Source: an uncultured virus (IMG/VR IMGVR_UViG_3300021560_000017) (taxonomy: Duplodnaviria; Heunggongvirae; Uroviricota; Caudoviricetes). Taken from it: a DNA stretch of 64,000 bases. A program made the translations under genes and the position numbers. The DNA is taken from IMG/VR virus record IMGVR_UViG_3300021560_000017; one strand, 5' to 3'. This document shows positions 53,805 to 61,381 of this stretch, one piece after another. Within the stretch, counting starts at the first letter, position 1. Each line of letters starts with the position of its first letter. The notes under the pieces are model-generated. The model searched no databases, had not been told where the DNA came from, and saw only the letters and a list, made by a program, of their open reading frames with translations.

Positions 53805-55004
53805 ATGTCCACGCCTCTACAGATAACACTCATCGCGGGCACACTTCCGCCGAGCTGTGTCTACAATCCCCAGACCTTCCTGAATGCCATCGCCGCGCAA
53901 ATAAGGGGGACAATCCCAGCTGGCAACGTGATATGGGGACAACTGGGCGGCAGTGAGCCGACTGCGCCGCTGCAGGGCAACGGGGCCACGTCGGGGCTTT
54001 GGTTTGGGAACCCAGATCCCACCAACGACAGCATCTGGAACCAGTGGAACGCTGACATCCCAGAGAATAGTAACACTGGCAAATACATGCCGATCCCGCT
54101 GGTCTGCGGTCAGTATGTGTCTGGAAACATCGTCGTGACGGAGTTCCTGTGCGGCGCGACTGACGGTTCTTTCAAGATCATCACCCCAGATAAAAGCGGG
54201 ACGATGGCGCTACTGGACGATCTCGTTCAGGCGCTGGGCAACCAGTCATACAGCGACACCACTACCTCTGTATCATGGAAGAATCGCCAGCCCATTTACA
54301 TCACTCTCTATGGCAACACTGTGATCGCCGCGCCGACTGACGCGACGGACGGCCAGATCATGGATTTCTACGTCGAGAACAACAGCGGCACGACAGATTG
54401 GACGATAGATTTCCCGACCGTGTTCTGGCCGCAGGGAACGGCGCAACCGCAGCCGCCATTCACGGTTCCTCATGTCGCTGGGAATCGTGTCATCTCGCAC
54501 TTTCGAATCTTTTTCGCTGGCAACCTTCTTCTGGGTCAAGTGATCGCTCACGGAATCACTACCACCCCAGCTGCTGGCTCGCCACCGCAGGCATATCAAA
54601 TAGCCACTACCGTGCAGGCAGGGAACAAGCCTAACAGGAGGAACATCGTTGGCTCGAAGACCTTCATCTGGGTGCAAACCGACTTCGATCTGATCGGGAA
54701 CGATTCACAAGGCACGCCGCCGCCGCCGAGGCTTCTCGTTTCAAACTGGCATCTGGTAAAGAACGGCATCGGCGCGACGATCAGTAGGGTACTGACCACA
54801 GGCAATAACATCTACGTCTACTCAGCGGACAATTTCATCGATACGGACGTAGTGACGCTGAAATACACTGGAAACGACATCAAGTCGATAGCCAACGTCG
54901 CGATGGATGCTTGGCCTGCTCCAGTAACCGTCCCGCTCGTCAACGTTGCCGCGCCGAGTGCGCAGGGCGGCGGCGGAGGTCTGTTCAATCATTATCTGGA
55001 CTAA
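53805..55004 (+). CDS. tail appendage protein, paralog A (C-terminal SwmB-like Ig domain)
   Basis: homologous to the next gene; VTLKYTGNDIKSIANVAM. Confidence 0.65.
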   Translation: MSTPLQITLIAGTLPPSCVYNPQTFLNAIAAQIRGTIPAGNVIWGQLGGSEPTAPLQGNGATSGLWFGNPDPTNDSIWNQWNADIPENSNTGKYMPIPLVCGQYVSGNIVVTEFLCGATDGSFKIITPDKSGTMALLDDLVQALGNQSYSDTTTSVSWKNRQPIYITLYGNTVIAAPTDATDGQIMDFYVENNSGTTDWTIDFPTVFWPQGTAQPQPPFTVPHVAGNRVISHFRIFFAGNLLLGQVIAHGITTTPAAGSPPQAYQIATTVQAGNKPNRRNIVGSKTFIWVQTDFDLIGNDSQGTPPPPRLLVSNWHLVKNGIGATISRVLTTGNNIYVYSADNFIDTDVVTLKYTGNDIKSIANVAMDAWPAPVTVPLVNVAAPSAQGGGGGLFNHYLD

Positions 55005-55006
55005 AC

Positions 55007-56161
55007 ATGGCAGTACCTGAAACAAACGCGCCTTTCCCGATCATCCTGATCCATGCCACGCTTCCAGCTGGAGCGACCTACAATCCGCAAAGCTACCTGA
55101 ACGCGGTTGTCGAGCGGCTATTGATGAACACCAACGGAGGATTGGCATTCGGCCAGTTGGGTGGCGGCAAGCCTCAAGGCGTAATGCCAGAGGATGGATT
55201 GTGGTTTGGCGATCCCTACGGCAACACTGGTGTATTCCAGAAATGGAACTCTGACCTCGGCCAATACATCCCCGCGCTGATGGCTTGCGGTCAGTACGTC
55301 GATGACAACGTGCGGGAAAGCTCGTTCATATGCGGGGCGACAAAGAACCAAAAGATCATAACGCCAGACAAGGCGGGCACGATGATGCTTTTGGATGACG
55401 ATCCGCAAAACCTCGGCCTGCAGACATTCGGCGGCAGCACATCAATCCATCCCGACTGGACTACCCATCAGGCAGTCTATTTCACATTGGATGCGACTGC
55501 GCCAGCGGACACTTCTTTCACGATCAATGCTGATCCCAATGCCAAGGACGGGCAGACGCTGGATTTCTTCATCGAGACTCCAGCGATGGTTCCATTTGGG
55601 ACAGGCCACGCGTTTCATCTCACTTGGCCGTACGTCCTATGGAATAACGGCTTGGCAGCTGGAGCTACAGATCCGAGTCCAATAGTAGACGTCAACACCC
55701 GCGTGCTCGACCACTTCCAGCTTCATCAGGTTGGCAACATCCTCTGGGGCGAGGTCATCGGCAAGAACTACCAGATAGCTACAGGCACCCATCTGGTCAT
55801 CGTGACGTTCTTGGAAGCCAATGCGCTGGTCGGCTCGAACAGGATCGACGTTAACATGAGCGGGAACTTGACGGGCGGCACTTTGGATAAGACCAAGTGG
55901 ATCGTGATGAAAAACGGGAACGCTCAGAATGTGCTCGATGCCACGGCAAACGGCGATTTCGTTTTCATCCATATCGACAACGCTTTAAAGCGCGGGAATC
56001 AGGTCACCGTTCAGTACACTGGCAACGATTTGAAATCGATCTCCAACATTGCGGTTGCGCCATTTGGGCCTGTGGATGTGACGGTTGAAACCACCAATGG
56101 AGGAGTCCACGGCCCGGGCACCAACGGAGGGCCGACACACATTCCGATAAACCCACCATGA
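55007..56161 (+). CDS. tail appendage protein, paralog B
   Basis: YNPQ, GLWFG, CGQYV, IITPDK, YTGND shared with paralog A. Confidence 0.65.
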   Translation: MAVPETNAPFPIILIHATLPAGATYNPQSYLNAVVERLLMNTNGGLAFGQLGGGKPQGVMPEDGLWFGDPYGNTGVFQKWNSDLGQYIPALMACGQYVDDNVRESSFICGATKNQKIITPDKAGTMMLLDDDPQNLGLQTFGGSTSIHPDWTTHQAVYFTLDATAPADTSFTINADPNAKDGQTLDFFIETPAMVPFGTGHAFHLTWPYVLWNNGLAAGATDPSPIVDVNTRVLDHFQLHQVGNILWGEVIGKNYQIATGTHLVIVTFLEANALVGSNRIDVNMSGNLTGGTLDKTKWIVMKNGNAQNVLDATANGDFVFIHIDNALKRGNQVTVQYTGNDLKSISNIAVAPFGPVDVTVETTNGGVHGPGTNGGPTHIPINPP

Positions 56162-56553
56162 GAGAGCACTTGAAATTTGGGCTGATAAAGACCGAGGAAG
56201 AGTTCAAAGAGCTGCAGCGCTTTGCTCAATCGTTCGATCACGAGGTTGGGCGCGACGCGATCCCGCCAATCTTCACTATCGAGCGCGGCGAGCACATGGT
56301 CGGTTACTACAACGTGATCCAGCATCCGATTGTGTGCCCAGCGATGAATCCTGCCGTCACCACTCCACGCGAATTTTTTGAAACGCTGATGTTCCTGAAG
56401 AACCATTACTGCCTCAACTCGATCAACGGGAAGTTCCCGCATGGCATGGGGCTGATGGCGGTGCAGACGAAGCTGCCACAGCATTTAAAAAATGCGTTTG
56501 AACGGGCAGGGTTCAGGAACACGAAAAAAGAAATCTGGCAGGCGCTACCTTAA
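56158..56553 (+). CDS. GNAT-fold-like protein (position of T7 gp13)
   Basis: FTIERGEHMVGY...AFERAGF; weak pattern plus synteny. Confidence 0.4.
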   Translation: MREHLKFGLIKTEEEFKELQRFAQSFDHEVGRDAIPPIFTIERGEHMVGYYNVIQHPIVCPAMNPAVTTPREFFETLMFLKNHYCLNSINGKFPHGMGLMAVQTKLPQHLKNAFERAGFRNTKKEIWQALP

Positions 56554-56557
56554 AATT

Positions 56558-57184
56558 ATGGGCAGTCTCTTTGGCGGCGGTGGCGGGAGCGTTCAATCTC
56601 CCAAGGCACCCAAGCCGATTCAGCTCGATGTAAACCAGCTGGAGCAGAATGCAGTCGCTGCAGATCAGGCTGGCTACGCTCAGGCCGACCAATACATGCA
56701 GCAGTATTACCCTGCCCTGTGGGACGCACAGCAGTCGATGATAAAGCAGGCTTACGAGGGGATCACTGGGCCTACTCCGCCCGCGCTGGAGAACACGTTT
56801 ATGAACGCCGCCAACATGCAGTCGATGTCGGCGCTGGGCGGCGGCGATCAGAGTTTCGGGCTCGGTAAAGGCAGTCTGGCGCGCAACGCTGCCGCAGCTA
56901 ACGTCGCGTCGAACGAGCAGGGCTATCGGGACTATAGCAGAGGGGTATTCGAGCAGCTCAACGCGCAGTTTGCGCCGCGCACGTTTGGGCTCACGCCAGA
57001 GGATGCTGCGAACGTCTTCACATTCAACAACAACCAGTACAATAACTACTTGGAGCAGCAATACGCGCTGCGGACTAACACCTACTTCCAGAACCAAGGA
57101 CTGGCGGCAGGACAGAGCGCGGCAGGCACAGGAATGCTGACGAGTCTCGCTGGATCGGTGATATCAGGGCTCATTATTTACTAA
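56558..57184 (+). CDS. pilot/ejection protein 1 (MGSLFGGGGG)
   Basis: Gly-rich N-terminus, Q/A/N-rich helices, hydrophobic C-terminus. Confidence 0.6.
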   Translation: MGSLFGGGGGSVQSPKAPKPIQLDVNQLEQNAVAADQAGYAQADQYMQQYYPALWDAQQSMIKQAYEGITGPTPPALENTFMNAANMQSMSALGGGDQSFGLGKGSLARNAAAANVASNEQGYRDYSRGVFEQLNAQFAPRTFGLTPEDAANVFTFNNNQYNNYLEQQYALRTNTYFQNQGLAAGQSAAGTGMLTSLAGSVISGLIIY

Positions 57185-57185
57185 A

Positions 57186-57962
57186 ATGATGACAAAACTG
57201 GAACAAACGACTGCAAGGCTGAGCGAATGGTTCGAGAGATTCGACCATCCAGTGGTGATGTGCTCCTTCGGTAAGGACTCGATGGTCATGCTGTTCATCA
57301 TTTTGAGAGTGATGGAGAAAAAACTGCCAGTGATATACCATTCCAACCCGTGGCAGCCGTGGAAGAACGACTGGGCGTGGAAGATGATCAAGGAATGGCA
57401 GCTTGAGGTCTACGATCCGCCACCGTACGCAAGCGGGATCAAGGTCAAAGAGGATCGGATCGAGATAGTCCACTGCTACCAGATCCGTGGGCACCCGCTT
57501 TATCTGCCTGTTAACATTTTGTCGCCTAACGGGCACTCGATGTGCGGGCTGAAGATGCTGGAGCGGCCGAAAGGAGTGATGGATTACCCGTGGAACCTGA
57601 TCCTGATCGGCCACAAATCGTGTGACGTCGATCCGTTTGACGGTCATATACCGCTCAAGATGGATCTGATCGAGCTGGAAGGCGCGCCGACCGTCGCTTT
57701 CCCGTTGCGTGAGTGGTCAGACGAAGAGCTGTGGGACTACATCGAAGCTCATCGGATACCGATCCAGTACGGGACGCGCTACATCGACCGCAAGGAGATC
57801 GAATACAAGGAATTTAACCCTGACTACATCGAATCATGCACGGCATGCATCGATCCGCGCAACCCAGCGAAGGTTCATTGTCCGTTGGTGAACCGCGAGA
57901 TTGATAATGTGTCTGGAAGGGTGCCAAGATTTGAAGGCAAGCCAAGTTACATAGGAGAATAA
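57186..57962 (+). CDS. PAPS-reductase-family (PP-loop) protein
   Basis: VMCSFGKDSMVM, IGHKSCD, FPLREWSDEELWDYI, C-terminal CTAC. Confidence 0.8.
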   Translation: MMTKLEQTTARLSEWFERFDHPVVMCSFGKDSMVMLFIILRVMEKKLPVIYHSNPWQPWKNDWAWKMIKEWQLEVYDPPPYASGIKVKEDRIEIVHCYQIRGHPLYLPVNILSPNGHSMCGLKMLERPKGVMDYPWNLILIGHKSCDVDPFDGHIPLKMDLIELEGAPTVAFPLREWSDEELWDYIEAHRIPIQYGTRYIDRKEIEYKEFNPDYIESCTACIDPRNPAKVHCPLVNREIDNVSGRVPRFEGKPSYIGE

Positions 57963-57966
57963 CAAG

Positions 57967-58803
57967 ATGGGTTCAATGTTTGGAGGAGGAGGTGGCGGCG
58001 GAAGCCCGCCTAGCCCGCCAAAACTGCGGCAGGTAGACACGAGTGTCGGCGGCCCGCTCTGGACTACGGCAGCCGACTTCGGACAGCAGTGGGCTAATTT
58101 GATGCGTGGCAGTTACGGATTAGGCCAGAGCACTGGGCCCGCGAGCTGGGAGGCGCAATACCTCGGCCCGGGCGCGCTCGCCATGATGGGGCAGGCGCGG
58201 CAGATGACCAACGCGCCCGGGACAATGCCAGAGATCCAAAACATTCTGAACACGGGGTTCGGCAAGCCAGAAACTGTCGGCGGCGTTCCGCAAGCTGGCT
58301 CCAAAGGCCGCGAATGGAACCTCGGAATGAGCCCTTTTGAGGTGTCACAGCAACTGGGCCAGCAATACAAAGCGCCATACGGCCAGCTGGAGCGTGCGCA
58401 GGGACTGGATCTCGCGCTGACAAAGCAATGGCAACCTCCAAATCTCACGTTGAGCGGCGCGGATCTGACGAACGTTGCGATGGGACAGGCGGCCGTGAAC
58501 CAGCAGCTGCAACAGCAAGCGTTGCAAGCCGCGCTGGCTGGTTCAAACGCGGCCGCGTCAGCGCAGGCAGCCGCACAGGCGTCCGAGTTTGGAGCGCTCG
58601 GAAAAGCAGGCTCAGGCGTCATCAACGCGTTCTTTCAAGGCAGCCCAGACCTAACATCAGGCGGCTATTACCAGCCCAGCATGTTTGGCGCTTTATTCGG
58701 CGGCGGCGGGAGCCCAGAGGGAATCGGCGGTGCCTACGACCCGGGCGTCGCCGACGCAGCTGCTGGCGGCGGCGGTAGCTTTCTTGGAACAGGAGGAGGA
58801 TAA
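57967..58803 (+). CDS. pilot/ejection protein 2 (MGSMFGGGGGG)
   Basis: SD AGGAG; N-terminus paralogous to the 56558 gene. Confidence 0.6.
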   Translation: MGSMFGGGGGGGSPPSPPKLRQVDTSVGGPLWTTAADFGQQWANLMRGSYGLGQSTGPASWEAQYLGPGALAMMGQARQMTNAPGTMPEIQNILNTGFGKPETVGGVPQAGSKGREWNLGMSPFEVSQQLGQQYKAPYGQLERAQGLDLALTKQWQPPNLTLSGADLTNVAMGQAAVNQQLQQQALQAALAGSNAAASAQAAAQASEFGALGKAGSGVINAFFQGSPDLTSGGYYQPSMFGALFGGGGSPEGIGGAYDPGVADAAAGGGGSFLGTGGG

Positions 58804-58806
58804 ACT

Positions 58807-59499
58807 ATGCCATTTGATGTGTTACCCAGTCATCACCTGATCATGCCAGCGGTCAGGTTCCCCGAAATTCCTTGGGGCGAATACGCACGGCTTGCATCCG
58901 AAAACGCGTGGAAAAAATACCAAGTCTTAATGAACGGGCTCGACGTCGTTCTGAAGGCGGCCGATCCAATGAACATCGCTGATCGGCGGCTGAAGATGTT
59001 GCAATACCAGTACCAATCGCAGCTGATGCCGATGGAGATCCAGCATTACAGGGAAACAGGATTTCCGATGCCGAAAAACGCGGCAGAAGCGATGTCCCAG
59101 CAGCAGTGGCTGAACAACGAAAGGCAGAGGCAATTCTTCAACGGCTACTCAGGTCGCGGCGGTAGCGCTGGCGATGTTGGGCATTACGCGGCCGATTCAG
59201 GCGACGGAGTGGACATTAAGAACCAGCAGACGGGAGAGGTCAGCAGGGTGGACGGTAACACGATGGTGACAGTCGGCAGGCCAACTGCCGAAGACGTGCA
59301 GGCAGGCCCGACAACGATCCACGGCCAGCCTGTTACCAGAACGGAGGTGGTGCCGACTGACACGGGCGAGTACAGGCAGATCCAGTACGGCCCGGGCTCT
59401 GGCGAAGGCACAGTCAATCCCGTGGACATTGGCGCGCCAGCCGCTGGCAGTTCGATTGTTGGCGGTGGCGATCAGTATGACGACACAGGAGGCCCATAA
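58807..59499 (+). CDS. internal virion protein
   Basis: SD AGGAGG; ejectosome synteny. Confidence 0.5.
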   Translation: MPFDVLPSHHLIMPAVRFPEIPWGEYARLASENAWKKYQVLMNGLDVVLKAADPMNIADRRLKMLQYQYQSQLMPMEIQHYRETGFPMPKNAAEAMSQQQWLNNERQRQFFNGYSGRGGSAGDVGHYAADSGDGVDIKNQQTGEVSRVDGNTMVTVGRPTAEDVQAGPTTIHGQPVTRTEVVPTDTGEYRQIQYGPGSGEGTVNPVDIGAPAAGSSIVGGGDQYDDTGGP

Positions 59500-61380
59500 A
59501 TGAATGGAGACGACGTAGCAGTACAAGAACCGTTGCAGGGGATTCAAGGCAACGTGGATTTGCCAGAACCGCAACCAGAGCAGCGACGTGGGCGCGGTGA
59601 AGGCCCGACGGCCGACATCAACCTTGAGTATTATGGCAGGAATTTCGGTGAAATGAATCACGCCGCGAACAACGGCCCAGACGGATCGCCGCTCGAAGAT
59701 TATCACGTCGCCATCAGCCCAAACGTCGCGAACGATCTCGGTCTGAAGCTCCACGACTGGGTATGGGTGGGGCCGCAGCTGCGCCAGTATGGTGACGTCA
59801 GCGCTATTGCGAACAAACAGGGCGGTTTCGACCGTTACACACACAACACCGTCGAGGTGCGCGATTACGCAGCCGACGGGAAGACGACGCTCCGAAAGGC
59901 GACGCCGAAAGAGGTTGAAGAGTACGCTCCACGAGGCGGAGGCGGCATGGATCTAAGCAGCCGTCCTTCCGCGCAGATGGCGTCGATGATGACTGGCAAA
60001 GCCCCGTCGCAGATCACTGCCGAAGATGTCAACAATTTCATTCAGCCGCAGATCGAGGGAATGAGTCGGGGACTGCTGGCTGGTGACATGACCGCAGCGG
60101 CGCTTCAGGGCGCTCAGGATCAGGGCGATCAGCCGTCGTTCATGCAGCCCGCCGAGGAGCCGGGCGCAATGGACGTGGCATCGAGCGGCATGGGCGGCGG
60201 CATGGATCTCATGGGAACTGGCGCTGGCGGCGGCGACATCATCAGCACCGATAGCGGCGGCCTAGTGCCTAATCCTGCTCACGCACAGCTAACGAACGTC
60301 AATAAAGCAACTGGTGCACGGGACTTCAATGGGGGCGCGCAAGTAGAAGGTGGACTCACTTATCATCCGAACACCGACACACTGGAATGGACAATCGGCG
60401 GCCGCCGTTTCATCAAGACTGGTGAGTACGGGAAAGTAATTAGTGCTCCGTCGGCGAAGATCGTACGTAACCCAGACACGGGCGAATACTATAATATGGC
60501 TACGGGCGTGCCCGTGAAGGTGCAGCTGCCCGGGCAGTCGCCAGCCTACAACGAGAACCTCACTCCAGAGGCGAACCTGAACCAGCTCTCACCGCAGGAT
60601 CGGATGACAGTGCAGATGTTTTCCACGTACCAACTGCCGCTGACCACGCGCTACGGCCGCATGAATCCTGAGTTTGCAAGATTGCGGCCCTACATCCAAG
60701 CTGCTAACCCGCACATCGATCCGCGCACCTACCAGATCCAGCAGCAGACCATGATGCAGATGGCCAGCGGCCAGAACGGTTCCGTCGGCCAGCGGCTCAA
60801 CTCGTGGAATCAATCGCTCATTCACGCGGGTGCACTCTGGCGTTTGTCGCAGGCGCTTCCAGAAGGGCCACTGCCAAAAGCGAACAGCGTCTGGAACTGG
60901 TTAAAGACCAACACTGGCTCTGAGCAGCAGACCAACTGGGAAACGGGCGCGCAACTGTTTGCTACAGAAGTCTCGCGCGCGTTCCAAGGTGGTGTTCCTG
61001 CGCAATCGGAGATCCAGCACATCATGGATCAACTGAAGGCGTCTGGTTCAAAGGCGCAGCTGCAGGGTAACATCAAGGATGTCATGGCGAAGTTCATCGA
61101 GGGCGGACTGGAAAGCATCAACTACGGCTACCAGCGCAACATGGGCAGCCGTTACGAGAATCTGATCTCGCCGCAAGCCGCAGCATCACTCAGCGAATTC
61201 GGCTACAAGAAGTTTGCCGACAGGGATCTGGCTCCAATCATGGGGAAAGCCGCGCCGAACCCAGCAGAGCAGCGTGCCGTTGATACCATCAACGCTCACA
61301 ACCAGAAATACCCGAAAGATCAGATTGAAATGACCCCAGAGAACATTAAGAAGTTGATGTTGATGCAACAAAGGCAATGA
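59500..61380 (+). CDS. internal virion/ejection protein, possible N-terminal 3D-like domain
   Basis: 626 aa; helical C-terminal half typical of DNA-transfer proteins. Confidence 0.55.
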   Translation: MNGDDVAVQEPLQGIQGNVDLPEPQPEQRRGRGEGPTADINLEYYGRNFGEMNHAANNGPDGSPLEDYHVAISPNVANDLGLKLHDWVWVGPQLRQYGDVSAIANKQGGFDRYTHNTVEVRDYAADGKTTLRKATPKEVEEYAPRGGGGMDLSSRPSAQMASMMTGKAPSQITAEDVNNFIQPQIEGMSRGLLAGDMTAAALQGAQDQGDQPSFMQPAEEPGAMDVASSGMGGGMDLMGTGAGGGDIISTDSGGLVPNPAHAQLTNVNKATGARDFNGGAQVEGGLTYHPNTDTLEWTIGGRRFIKTGEYGKVISAPSAKIVRNPDTGEYYNMATGVPVKVQLPGQSPAYNENLTPEANLNQLSPQDRMTVQMFSTYQLPLTTRYGRMNPEFARLRPYIQAANPHIDPRTYQIQQQTMMQMASGQNGSVGQRLNSWNQSLIHAGALWRLSQALPEGPLPKANSVWNWLKTNTGSEQQTNWETGAQLFATEVSRAFQGGVPAQSEIQHIMDQLKASGSKAQLQGNIKDVMAKFIEGGLESINYGYQRNMGSRYENLISPQAAASLSEFGYKKFADRDLAPIMGKAAPNPAEQRAVDTINAHNQKYPKDQIEMTPENIKKLMLMQQRQ

Positions 61381-61381
61381 G

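Noticed and set aside
46266..56161. diversity-generating retroelement or invertible fibre cassette
   Set aside because: No reverse transcriptase, invertase or TR/VR-like adenine-variant repeat seen; the paralogs are diverged throughout.
57186..57962. cysH auxiliary metabolic gene or Dnd phosphorothioation system
   Set aside because: Lacks the C-terminal ECG(L/I)H motif; no other sulfur-assimilation or dnd genes; structural-module context.
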